From assembly GCA_965662845.1 (NCBI GenBank), contig CBFIJD010000029.1, forward strand, positions 1 to 40,982: a DNA stretch of 40,982 nt, in the 5' to 3' direction. The notes below the pieces were generated by a model, which ran no database searches, was not told the origin of the DNA, and saw only the letters and a list, made by a program, of their open reading frames with translations. The position numbers and the translations under genes were made by a program. The stretch is from an uncultured bacterium (GTDB lineage Bacteria; SAR324; NAC60-12). This document shows, one piece after another, positions 9,977-18,824 of this stretch; position 1 is the stretch's first letter, and each line of letters opens with the position of its first letter.

Positions 9977-10489
9977 CTACATGGATTGATAGGGAACTCG
10001 CCAGTGCGGCAACATGGGCTCGAGTCCAACGTTGAGACCCTCAATTTGTTCTACAATGGACGTTAGGACCTCGGAGGCCAAGACGCCATCTGGATAGATG
10101 AGCAGCAGTGGATAGTGCTCGGTTGTGCCAAAATTTCGTTTAATCTCTTTGTTCAGTTTGTCTACGCGGAGCAAATATGTGATCAGCTGCGGTTGTTTGC
10201 CCTGCACTTCGAGCAAGAGGTCGTCGAGCGAGATGGTCTTTTCTTCGTTCGTAAAGAGGTCGTAGTACTCGACGCGGTCTGCGTAGCATCGGATGAACAC
10301 CGGCTCCATATATTCGGGCGCTCCCACCCACTCAAACTCAATCTCCCGAGGAGGGGGCGGTTCTTCTGGCGTGACTCGAGTCATCAGCATGAAGCTAATA
10401 GACAGAAAGGCCAGCACGCCCATGGTGCTCAACAAAACGCTGAGAAAAGGAAAGAGAGGCACAGAGGGGCGGCGCGAAGAGCGCTTCAT
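9977..10489 (-). CDS. ExbD/TolR-like single-pass membrane protein (atypical TM)
   Basis: Basic N-terminus, one TM (PLFPFLSVLLSTMGVLAFLSISF), Pro linker and small periplasmic domain; ATGA-coupled to the TolQ/ExbB gene. Confidence 0.6.
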   Translation of the reverse strand: MKRSSRRPSVPLFPFLSVLLSTMGVLAFLSISFMLMTRVTPEEPPPPREIEFEWVGAPEYMEPVFIRCYADRVEYYDLFTNEEKTISLDDLLLEVQGKQPQLITYLLRVDKLNKEIKRNFGTTEHYPLLLIYPDGVLASEVLTSIVEQIEGLNVGLEPMLPHWRVPYQSM

Positions 10490-11607
10490 GGCAGCTTTTC
10501 CGAGCTGAGCGTAGCGGTCTCATCGGGGGCGGGAGTTGCCGAGTTTTGCAGCCGGATCACCTCGGAGCTGAAGTCTTTCAACAGCGGCTGAAGCCCTTGC
10601 ACCTGTGTGTCTAAGGAGCGGGAGTGCTCGGTGACGGATTCGAGCACAGGGGCGACTCTCCGCAGCCAGTTTTCAGAGAAATCGTTCAAGCGTTGCAAGT
10701 GCTCGTGCGTTTGACGCTGGAGCTCCTGATCACCGGGGTTCACATGCAGGTGTGGCAGCAAATCTTCCAAGCAATACTCCTCGATTCGCAGGAGCAAATC
10801 CTCTTGGGATTTTCGCAACAACGAGGACAGCAGCATGATTGGGATGACGCAAACCAAGGCGAGGAACGTGGTGTTGAAGGCGACGGAGAGCCCGCTGGTG
10901 ACGCCTCCCAAGGCTGAGCGCATCTGCCCTCCTAGGGCCGCGCCGTCCATACTCCGCACAAAGATCGAGAAATCTCCAACCGATTGGCCAATGCCAAACA
11001 CCGTCCCGATAAAGCCCAGGATGGGGATCGCCCAGATGAAGACGTTCAACAGCGTGTAGCCGTTCTGCATGCGGTTGTAGTCGATCTCCGCTTGGTAATT
11101 CAGAATTTGGTGCATCTCTTCTTTTTTAGGCACGGCTCGCAGGTAATGCAGAATGCGGCGGACGCGCAAAAAGATGACGCTGCTCTGAAATTTGCGGACT
11201 TCTTGTTCCTCCAAAAATTGGCTGATCTCCAGCATGCGCTCGTCCACATCTTTGATGAAGACGCCCTTGGCAAAAGAGGAGGCCAACTCTCGATGACGAA
11301 AGGTTCGATAGGTTTTGATCTGGCGTCGGTGTGCGAGCCACTTGAAGAAAATGATCAGCAAAGACCAGCAACTCAACGCGAAGATGAGCTCTGAGATGCT
11401 GCCCTCAAAGAGCTCTCTGACATATTCATTGCGCACAACCGGCAGCGGAAAAACCTCATAAAAAATTGCTGTGATCAGCAACGCCAACACGAAGGCCTTG
11501 AACAAATCAAAGTACTCGGACTGGTTGCCTTCTGAGAGGTGGGCGCCACAGCGCTGACAATACACGGCGGCGTCGGGGTTGACGTTGGTACATTTCAAAC
11601 ATTTCAT
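10486..11607 (-). CDS. MotA/TolQ/ExbB proton-channel family protein with N-terminal zinc ribbon and C-terminal helical tail
   Basis: CLKC...CQRC ribbon; channel motifs WAIPILGFIGTVFGI and GLSVAFNTTFLAL. Confidence 0.88.
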   Translation of the reverse strand: MKCLKCTNVNPDAAVYCQRCGAHLSEGNQSEYFDLFKAFVLALLITAIFYEVFPLPVVRNEYVRELFEGSISELIFALSCWSLLIIFFKWLAHRRQIKTYRTFRHRELASSFAKGVFIKDVDERMLEISQFLEEQEVRKFQSSVIFLRVRRILHYLRAVPKKEEMHQILNYQAEIDYNRMQNGYTLLNVFIWAIPILGFIGTVFGIGQSVGDFSIFVRSMDGAALGGQMRSALGGVTSGLSVAFNTTFLALVCVIPIMLLSSLLRKSQEDLLLRIEEYCLEDLLPHLHVNPGDQELQRQTHEHLQRLNDFSENWLRRVAPVLESVTEHSRSLDTQVQGLQPLLKDFSSEVIRLQNSATPAPDETATLSSEKLP

Positions 11608-11918
11608 GAGGTTTTCTCGTTACGGATGCGCTGCAGATGTTCGTCCCATTCCACGGGGAGCAAGTATTTTTTCTGGGTATTGCAGCTTTTGCAACAGGGA
11701 ACAATGTTAGACTTGGTGCTTTGGCCCCCCCGAGCGAGAGGGACAATGTGGTCCATCGTCAGCTCTTTTGCCGAGAAGGACTGCCGGCAATAATGGCAAC
11801 GGTTGGTTGCTCTCAGGTTCTTCCACCACTGCGATTGTCGCAGCTCGCGCGCCTTGCGACGCTCTCGGTTGATGTGTGCTTCGTCGGCCCCTTCAAACCA
11901 CTCGGGTTCCCAACTCAT
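11604..11918 (-). CDS. HNH endonuclease family protein (104 aa)
   Basis: CHYC...TMDHIVPLARGG...SNIVPCCKSCN; ATG 11918 overlaps the tolB TGA (ATGA). Confidence 0.9.
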   Translation of the reverse strand: MSWEPEWFEGADEAHINRERRKARELRQSQWWKNLRATNRCHYCRQSFSAKELTMDHIVPLARGGQSTKSNIVPCCKSCNTQKKYLLPVEWDEHLQRIRNEKTS

Positions 11919-13180
11919 GGGGTTCCGGGCCACTTTGTTCCCCAAGAAGCTCCTGTCTCTTCAAAATTGCGTGGCGTGTCGGTGAGGCGTCGCACGCCGG
12001 TGCCATCCACAAACATGACATAGAGCTTGTAAGAGCCGGCCCGATCGGCGGCGAACACGATTTGTCGGCCATCAGGAGACCACGCAGGCTTCTCTGCGTT
12101 GTAGTTTCCAAAGGTCAATTGCTGAACCTCGTCGCCAAATGGATCCATCATGAAGATGTGGTTGTAGCCCTTGATGCCTCGCGAAAACGCGATGCGCGTC
12201 CCATCGGGAGACCAGACGGGATCGCTGTTGCTGAATCCATCAAAGGTGAGTCGATAGATGGCGCCTTTCTCCATATCGCGCATGAAGATCTGCTCGCGCC
12301 CTGTTCGATCCGAGACGAAGATGAGATTGCGATTGTCTGGTGAGAGCGTGGGGGCCGTATCGATGCGGGGATGTTTCGTGAGTCGGCGCGTGTTTCCACT
12401 TTGGAGCTCAATCTCATAGAGGTCTACGTTCCCATTGATACTGATCGTAGCGATCACGCGCTGCCCATCTTGATACCAAGTCCCTCCGCTGGTTACTCCG
12501 TCTTCGCCTTTCTTCAGCGGCGTTGCGGTTTGGTTCCGTAAATCGTGCAGCCAGAGCGTGGTGCCTCTGCGTCCGACCGACGTAAACAAAAGTTGATCTT
12601 GGCTAGGAGACCACCGGGGGAAGAGGCTGATGTCTTCATTTTGCGTGAGCGACTGCATTTGCGTGCCGTGGGTGTTGGTCAGCGCGATGATTTTCTTGCG
12701 GTCTGGCTGCTTCAGCGTAAAGGCGATCGGGGTGCCTAAAATCCCGCGAATCCCCGTGAGACGCTCAATGAGTTCGTTCACCCCTTGCATGATGTCTTCT
12801 TCGCGAATCTGGTCGTCTTGAATCGGCAGCTGCACCCGCAGCAGAATATTGCCCTGCAGATCTGCGACGGCAAACTCCACCTTGTCGCCAAGGCCATTCA
12901 GTTGAATCTGCATCTCAGGGGCACGGTTCGCTTGGCAATAGGGATAGTAAGACGAACGGAGCGTGAAGACGCCGCTCCAGCAGAAGTTCCGCTCAATATT
13001 CCGCTCCCAACGCCGCGAGGCCGCAAACTGATCGAAGTTCTCGTCCGTCTTCAGCTCTGCAGCAAAACGAGAGAAGTCAATCCCACTCACTACGACCTCT
13101 TCTGTGGAGTAGGTTTGCGCCAAAGCCGAGGCCCCAAATAAGAAGCCCAAGCCCACGAGGCCAGAAATCCATTTCTTCAT
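11915..13180 (-). CDS. tolB: TolB-family periplasmic beta-propeller protein
   Basis: Signal peptide; repeated PD40 motifs (PRWSP, PTLSPD, PVWSPDG, PAWSPDG); IFVSDRTGREQIF. Confidence 0.85.
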   Translation of the reverse strand: MKKWISGLVGLGFLFGASALAQTYSTEEVVVSGIDFSRFAAELKTDENFDQFAASRRWERNIERNFCWSGVFTLRSSYYPYCQANRAPEMQIQLNGLGDKVEFAVADLQGNILLRVQLPIQDDQIREEDIMQGVNELIERLTGIRGILGTPIAFTLKQPDRKKIIALTNTHGTQMQSLTQNEDISLFPRWSPSQDQLLFTSVGRRGTTLWLHDLRNQTATPLKKGEDGVTSGGTWYQDGQRVIATISINGNVDLYEIELQSGNTRRLTKHPRIDTAPTLSPDNRNLIFVSDRTGREQIFMRDMEKGAIYRLTFDGFSNSDPVWSPDGTRIAFSRGIKGYNHIFMMDPFGDEVQQLTFGNYNAEKPAWSPDGRQIVFAADRAGSYKLYVMFVDGTGVRRLTDTPRNFEETGASWGTKWPGTP

Positions 13181-13195
13181 GTCACGTCCTCAACA

Positions 13196-14803
13196 TCAGG
13201 GTCGAACCCTTACAGTTACGATATAAGGCGGATCCTCCGAGAGAGCTTCGGGGAGCCTTGGAAGTTTTAGAGCGCGCAGCCCAGTGAGCACGGTCAAATC
13301 AAACTCTTCAGAACCAGAGCTCTCTTTCACACGAAAGTTTTTCACGGCCCCATCTAAAGAAATTTCGAGTTCGATCGCAATCTCCAGGTCGTCATCAAAG
13401 CGCTGGGGAGCCTTGATTTTGCCACGGATGGATTCCAGCAGCACCGAGTTGTAGCGTCGCTGCACTTGCAATTGCTGCGCTCGCTCATTGCGCTGCTGCC
13501 GGGCCAAGTTGATATCTTGCTGCCGGAGACCTACAGGTCTGTTGTCTGCGACCGAACGAGGTGCGTTGCTCGGATCAAAAGGCGCTGCCCCCGAGAGCGC
13601 GCGGGCTCGGCTGGCGGCTTGATTGGCCGCAAACAAGTTCCCGCTGGCAGGCGCCGCTGGCGGTGGAGCCGGAGGCGGAGGCAAATTGGGGACGGGCAGC
13701 TGAGGAGGAGCTTCGGGCTGCTCTCCTTGCGACGGGATGCCCGCAGAGAGCAGATCGGTGGCGCGCTGTGAGAAGTCTTCCTCAGCGGTGGCAGCATTGC
13801 TCAACAACTCAGGGAGGGACTCTACGTCTGGGGGGATGGGGAGCGCGGCTGACCCAACGGGGACATCGGGGAGATCCGTCACGCGGTTGCCAGCAGGCAA
13901 GTTTAGCGCGGTGAGCGGCTCTTCTGTAGCTTCAGAGACCACAGAGCTAGGCAAAACCGGCTCGACCGGAGCCTTTTGATTGAGCGCTAATCCTGTGTTG
14001 ACGGAGTTGAGGGGCTCGCTGTTTGGAATTTCTGCGGGGGTGTCTTTTAAGACGCGCTCTCGTAGAGCGCTCGTCGTGTCGGGGGAGAATGGCTGCCGAG
14101 CAACTGGGTCTGTCGTCCATTCAGGGGCAGTAAATGGGACGCTGGCGTCAATCGGCGCAACCTGCAATTGAGGGCGCTCTGGAGCCATATTCGACGGGGT
14201 TACAGGCAGCGTTGGCGCGTTTGTTGGGCGCCGAATCGCCAAGGGCGGCAACGCGCGGTTTGCGTTGGGTTGCGCGGCAACTCGTGGAGTCTGAGGAAGC
14301 ACCGGAGAAACCGCTCTGGGCGTTCGCACTGTGGGCACCGTGGGAGCATTCAAGACAACGTCAGGGCGCGGAGAGTTGATCGGAATTTCTGGCGTTGGGG
14401 CTTGTCTGGAAGTTGGAGCAGGGGCCGATGTGTCCGGGATGTTTGGGGCTGCCACTGCGCCTGCAATCTCAGGCAGAGTCAGGGATTCTGACGGGATCTG
14501 CGGGAGCGCGACGCTGGGGATCTCAGCGGTGCTGAGAGGCGTCACTTGAGTGGATGGGAGATTTGCCGCAGGAGGCTTGGGCGCGCTGGGCTGGGGGGGG
14601 CGATCCGCTGGCGGTTTCGGCGGGGGCGGTTTCGGCGGCGGGGGCTTTGCCGTCACCAGCTGAATGCTAATTCGGGTCGGTTCCAGCTTGGGCGACTGCG
14701 CTGACTCCCATTTCTCAAAAAGTGATAGTCCGACAATCCCCACTAAATGCAGAATACACATTACGAAAAACCAACTCGTAATTGGTTGATTGGGGGATTG
14801 CAT
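13196..14803 (-). CDS. TolA/TonB-family energy transducer with very long Pro-rich linker
   Basis: N-terminal TM with His (FFVMCILHLVGIVGLSLF), roughly 400 aa of Pro-rich sequence, and a C-terminal TonB_C-like domain (LEISLDGAV...ESSGSEEFD...LPRLP). Confidence 0.8.
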   Translation of the reverse strand: MQSPNQPITSWFFVMCILHLVGIVGLSLFEKWESAQSPKLEPTRISIQLVTAKPPPPKPPPPKPPADRPPQPSAPKPPAANLPSTQVTPLSTAEIPSVALPQIPSESLTLPEIAGAVAAPNIPDTSAPAPTSRQAPTPEIPINSPRPDVVLNAPTVPTVRTPRAVSPVLPQTPRVAAQPNANRALPPLAIRRPTNAPTLPVTPSNMAPERPQLQVAPIDASVPFTAPEWTTDPVARQPFSPDTTSALRERVLKDTPAEIPNSEPLNSVNTGLALNQKAPVEPVLPSSVVSEATEEPLTALNLPAGNRVTDLPDVPVGSAALPIPPDVESLPELLSNAATAEEDFSQRATDLLSAGIPSQGEQPEAPPQLPVPNLPPPPAPPPAAPASGNLFAANQAASRARALSGAAPFDPSNAPRSVADNRPVGLRQQDINLARQQRNERAQQLQVQRRYNSVLLESIRGKIKAPQRFDDDLEIAIELEISLDGAVKNFRVKESSGSEEFDLTVLTGLRALKLPRLPEALSEDPPYIVTVRVRP

Positions 14804-14894
14804 GTCTTTCGAGTTAATTAGCAATATAGACGTTGAGTTGCAGTTAGTGTGTTGTATTATTTTTGACGCGGTAGCATGAATTTAGAAAGGTGGC

Positions 14895-14923
14895 TTGACA
14901 TCTAACAGAAACAAATCTAGTTC
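14895..14923 (+). promoter_or_regulatory. Putative sigma70 promoter for hup
   Basis: Perfect TTGACA (14895-14900), a 17-nt spacer and a weak -10 (TAGTTC) in an AT-rich divergent region. Confidence 0.3.
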
Positions 14924-15058
14924 TCACCGGCTCCCTCTGCTTCTCTTTCGTAGCCAGATTTTGCTGTAAGGCATCTGGATTGCAAGTGTGGGGCTGGGTA
15001 ACTTAGGTAATAGCCATGGGGGTTATTACAGACCTCAATTAAAATGAAGGATATCGAT

Positions 15059-15334
15059 ATGACTAAATCGGATTTAATCGATAAAATTGCAGCAAAAGCA
15101 GGACGCACGAAGGCGGATGCAGAACACTTTTTGAATGCAACATTGGAAACAATGCAAGACGTGCTGAGTGAGGGTGACTCCATCCCTTTGGTTGGATTTG
15201 GAACTTTCTCTGTGGCAGAGCGGGCGGCACGAACCGGTAAGAACCCTCAGACCGGTGCGAGCATTCAGATCCCAGCCTCTAAGACGGTCAAGTTTAAGGT
15301 CGGAAGCAAGCTGAAAGACGCCGTCAACGGCTAA
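15059..15334 (+). CDS. hup: DNA-binding protein HU
   Basis: MTKSDLIDKIA...LVGFGTFSVAERAARTGKNPQTG...IPASKTVKFKVGSKLKDAVN. Confidence 0.97.
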   Translation: MTKSDLIDKIAAKAGRTKADAEHFLNATLETMQDVLSEGDSIPLVGFGTFSVAERAARTGKNPQTGASIQIPASKTVKFKVGSKLKDAVNG

Positions 15335-15427
15335 TTTCTAAGCGTCAGGCTCTGCGTTTGTGGAGTCTGATAACACTCTTCCAAAAAATTCTCCGATTTC
15401 TCCAACTCCTCGCCACACGGCCTCCTC

Positions 15428-17818
15428 TCACAGCTCCAGATTTACCTCAGCTTCAGAAGCCGCAATTCGATTTTGCGAATCGCACAGGTTGTCGAGAACA
15501 TTGTCAGCAGCAGGTTCAGTGCCAGCGCGATAGTGCTCATAGAAGGTTTCTTTCGTCGCATCACAAGGGGCTGCCCGCCTTCCTGATTCATGCACTTTGA
15601 CGGTGATCACTCCTGGAGGCTGCGGAAATTGTTCTGTAGGCAGTTTGGCGACGGCATCTTTCATAAAGTCCACCCAAATCGGGGCTGCGGCACGGGAGCC
15701 GGTTTCATAGCGTCCCATCGAGCGAGGGGTGTCATATCCGACGTACACCCCCGTGAGCAGCTGTGGAATGTAACCAATATACCACGCATCACGACTGTCA
15801 TTGGTTGTGCCAGTTTTGCCCGCGGAAGGGCGACCAATCGCGAGGGCTCGCCGCCCTGTGCCATGGTCTACCACATCTCGCATCGTATCTGTGATGAGGA
15901 AGGCGGTCTCTGCAGGAATGACTTGCCGTCGGGCCGGTCGGTTTTCTTCTAAAATTTCTCCTTTGGAGTCTTCTACTCGCGTGACAAAGATCGGCTCTAC
16001 CAGTTGTCCTTGGTTAGCAAACGCTGCGTACGAGCCTAGCATTTCTTGGAGGGTCACTGAAAAAGACCCCAAACCGATGGTGAGATTGCGGTCCATCTGG
16101 GCGCTGATTCCCAGCTTTCGCGAGTAGTCGATCAAGTTTTGAGGGCCGAGGTCTTCGACTAAGCCGATCGTCGGGAGGTTCAAACTTTTCACCAGAGCGG
16201 TGCGCATGGTCACGCTGCCCATCAGCTTGTTTCCATAGTTTTTGGGCGTCCAAATCTCTTGTTCGCCACGGATTCGATTGGCGGTCTTGTAGGCGCGAGG
16301 AGAGTCTACCAAGCGGCTGTTGAGCGTATAGCCAGCGTCGAGCGCGGCTGCATAGACGACGGGTTTGAAGGCTGACCCAGGTTGACGCTCGGCCTGAATG
16401 GCCCGGTTGAACTCGCTAGACTCGTAGTCATACCCGCCAGACATGGCGAGGACTTCTCCTGTGTGAGGATCCATCGCGGTGATCGCTCCGTTGACTTTGG
16501 GCGCTTGGTGCAATTGCAGTCTGAAGCGACGATTGGTGAAGTCATAATCGTCAAGGCGCACGTTGACGACCTCACCAACGGCGAGCATATCTTTGAGTTC
16601 CCGCACCCAAACGTAGATCTCCTGCTCTGCGTCCCAACGACGCTTCCACGCTTTGAGGTGTTCCCAGCGCAGCACTCCCTGCTGGCCATCGCGGAGCCGG
16701 AGGTGCGCGAGCTCGTTTTCTTCATCTAATTTCATGACGACCCCGCGGACAATCGCTCCCAGCAGCAGCGGTTGCCCTGCTAGCGCTTGTGCGATCTGGG
16801 TTTCGGAGAAGCGACCATCTTCTTGGGGAGTGAGCGTGGTGACAGGTCCCCGAAATCCTTGGCGCTGTGTCAGGTCTTCGAGCCCTTTGCGCAGCGCTTC
16901 TTGGGCGGAGAGTTGATAGTCTAAGTCCATTGCGAGATGAACTTTCAAGCCGCCTTGGTACAGCGTGTCGTAGCCATACTTGTCAATCAGATAGCGCCGT
17001 ACATGTTCAATGTAGTGTGCGGTTGCGCCGAGCGTCGCGTCGTGAATTTTCGTCAGTTTGATGGGTTCTGCCGTCGCTTCCCGCAGCTCTTGTTGTGAGA
17101 TGAACCGCTCTTCTGCCATACGCCGCAGGACGAGGTTGCGCTGCTCGAGCGCTAGGTCAGGATTTCTGTGGGGGTTGTAGCGAGAAGGAGCGGGCAGCAA
17201 ACCGACGAGCAACGCGCTCTCTGCCAGAGTCAGCTCCTCGGTGTGTTTGCCGAAATAGCCTTGCGCAGAGGCTTCGACTCCCTCCGCGTTGCCGAAGAAC
17301 ACCTTGTTCAGGTAGAGCGTCAAAATCTGTTGCTTTTCAAATTGTTGCTCCATGCGCAGCGCGAGCAAAATCTCCCGCAGCTTGCGGACGAGTTTCTTAT
17401 CCTGCGTGAGCAGAAACAAGCGCGCGGTCTGCTGCGTCAGCGTGCTGGCGCCTTGCACAAATCCACCGGCTTGGACGTTCTCCACCGCTGCTTTGATCAT
17501 CCGGATGGGGTCGATCCCATTGTGAGAGAAGAAGCGGCTGTCTTCACTCGCCATCAAGGCTTGGACAAGGTGCGGAGGGAACGACTCATAGGGGATGACG
17601 ATGCGACGTTGCAGAAACAGCTCATCGACTTGGTTGCCTTCTCGGTCATAGAGAACGGTCGGGAGTATGTCGTTGCGTTTGTGAAGCTCGGCCTCCAAAT
17701 TTTGAGGCAAGTCTTGGCTGAGATGCCAGAGATAGCCTCCCGCAGCGATGCCTCCCACGAATCCGAGGGTGATGCCCAAATACAAAGTCCATTTGAAGAT
17801 ACGCAGCGCAATGCTCAT
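15428..17818 (-). CDS. mrcA: Penicillin-binding protein 1A (bifunctional transglycosylase/transpeptidase)
   Basis: GT motifs SEDSRFFSHNG, GASTLTQQ, RKLRE; TP motifs GSAFKP (SxxK), SLN, KTG; an OB-like insertion between the two domains. Confidence 0.96.
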   Translation of the reverse strand: MSIALRIFKWTLYLGITLGFVGGIAAGGYLWHLSQDLPQNLEAELHKRNDILPTVLYDREGNQVDELFLQRRIVIPYESFPPHLVQALMASEDSRFFSHNGIDPIRMIKAAVENVQAGGFVQGASTLTQQTARLFLLTQDKKLVRKLREILLALRMEQQFEKQQILTLYLNKVFFGNAEGVEASAQGYFGKHTEELTLAESALLVGLLPAPSRYNPHRNPDLALEQRNLVLRRMAEERFISQQELREATAEPIKLTKIHDATLGATAHYIEHVRRYLIDKYGYDTLYQGGLKVHLAMDLDYQLSAQEALRKGLEDLTQRQGFRGPVTTLTPQEDGRFSETQIAQALAGQPLLLGAIVRGVVMKLDEENELAHLRLRDGQQGVLRWEHLKAWKRRWDAEQEIYVWVRELKDMLAVGEVVNVRLDDYDFTNRRFRLQLHQAPKVNGAITAMDPHTGEVLAMSGGYDYESSEFNRAIQAERQPGSAFKPVVYAAALDAGYTLNSRLVDSPRAYKTANRIRGEQEIWTPKNYGNKLMGSVTMRTALVKSLNLPTIGLVEDLGPQNLIDYSRKLGISAQMDRNLTIGLGSFSVTLQEMLGSYAAFANQGQLVEPIFVTRVEDSKGEILEENRPARRQVIPAETAFLITDTMRDVVDHGTGRRALAIGRPSAGKTGTTNDSRDAWYIGYIPQLLTGVYVGYDTPRSMGRYETGSRAAAPIWVDFMKDAVAKLPTEQFPQPPGVITVKVHESGRRAAPCDATKETFYEHYRAGTEPAADNVLDNLCDSQNRIAASEAEVNLEL

Positions 17819-17822
17819 GAAG

Positions 17823-18392
17823 TCAATTTGCCGTGGAAGATGATGGAGGGGGGGCGGTTTCGGTGGAAGGCGGTGTTCGGTCCCAAAACGAAAACGCTTG
17901 GTATATCAGCTTTTGGAGAGGTTCGCAAAGTTCAGGCCGAACTTTCTCCCAAACGAGCGTGTTGGCGAAGGACTCCCAGCTTGTTTGGTTTCTGTGTGCC
18001 ATGTGAACTCCCTTGAGCGCTTCTCGCAGGAAGCGGGCTTCGGCTGCCGAGAGACTGCCGAGGGCATTGTGCGTGTGCTCCGCTTGCAAGTCCTCTCCTT
18101 GAAAAACCATCAGAGACGTGTAGGCGACCGGCTGGGTGATATAGTCACAGCGCGTTGGAATTTCGATCTCTGCAATCGTTTTGTATTGGAATTGCTCCCC
18201 AAAACGCAGACCATCCACTTTCAGGCACTCTTCGGGGGTGTCATAGTTGAGAAAGACCTGAATTTCTTCACCTTTTACATGGCTTACAATCTGCTTCACC
18301 TGCTGGCGCTTCTTGAAAAAACCTTGCCGCTTTAAGCGAATCAACCAATAGGCAATACCCACCAGCAAGACCAGTATGGCCAGTTTGAGCAT
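17823..18392 (-). CDS. Hypothetical N-terminally anchored membrane protein
   Basis: 189 aa; N-terminal hydrophobic helix followed by a basic patch; 4 nt upstream of mrcA. Confidence 0.7.
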   Translation of the reverse strand: MLKLAILVLLVGIAYWLIRLKRQGFFKKRQQVKQIVSHVKGEEIQVFLNYDTPEECLKVDGLRFGEQFQYKTIAEIEIPTRCDYITQPVAYTSLMVFQGEDLQAEHTHNALGSLSAAEARFLREALKGVHMAHRNQTSWESFANTLVWEKVRPELCEPLQKLIYQAFSFWDRTPPSTETAPPPSSSTAN

Positions 18393-18490
18393 GTTTGAAC
18401 GTCAGGGAGGAAAGTGAATCAGTGGAGCGGTTTCAGACCCAAATTTTGGTATCATTTGCAGATTTTGTTCCCCAGAAGTGAGAACTACCG

Positions 18491-18811
18491 ATGACTCCAT
18501 TTTCTCGTGCCGCTTTGTTCGTCATTTGTGGGCCCCTAGCGCCTTTGGCGGTCGCAGCCCAAGAAGCGCCTCCAGCGTCTCCGACCATTGCTGCGATGAC
18601 CTGCGAAGGGCTCGTGGAGCCTACCACCCCGGAGGAGCTGCAAGAGCTGAGAGCTTGTGTGAGCGAAATGAAAGCCCAGCGACAACAACAAATGCAAGAC
18701 CAACGGCGCGAGCTGCGGACCAACTCGGCGAACGCACTGGCCGATATCTTGGGCTCCCCCGCCTCAGCTCCTCCTTCCTCGCCTGCGACAGAGCCCCCTC
18801 CCCCGCAATGA
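18491..18811 (+). CDS. Hypothetical secreted protein
   Basis: Signal peptide ending AVAA-QE; two Cys flanking a helical segment; Pro-rich ends. Confidence 0.6.
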   Translation: MTPFSRAALFVICGPLAPLAVAAQEAPPASPTIAAMTCEGLVEPTTPEELQELRACVSEMKAQRQQQMQDQRRELRTNSANALADILGSPASAPPSSPATEPPPPQ

Positions 18812-18824
18812 CGATGACCTCTGA

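Noticed and set aside
9977..11918. Calling the HNH/MotA-like/partner trio a bona fide Zorya system
   Set aside because: The partner lacks an OmpA/MotB peptidoglycan-binding motif and the TM Asp, the tail and HNH are much shorter than ZorA/ZorE, and the genes sit behind tolA-tolB. Kept only as an analogy.
11604..11918. HNH as a homing endonuclease or mobile element
   Set aside because: No intron, terminal repeats or target duplication is visible, and the gene is coupled on both sides by ATGA overlaps.
14580..14650. G-rich repeats in the tolA-like gene as a phase-variation tract
   Set aside because: They are imperfect codon-level repeats encoding PPPK units on the minus strand, and the frame is intact.
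14740..15140. AT-rich dip as a horizontally acquired island
   Set aside because: It corresponds to the divergent tolA/hup promoter region and the 5' ends of those genes, with no mobility genes.
17168..18016. 282-aa plus-strand ORF, and similar long antisense ORFs at 23437-24162, 29827-30525, 31984-32670 and 35628-36254
   Set aside because: All mirror well-supported genes on the opposite strand and contain no recognisable motifs.
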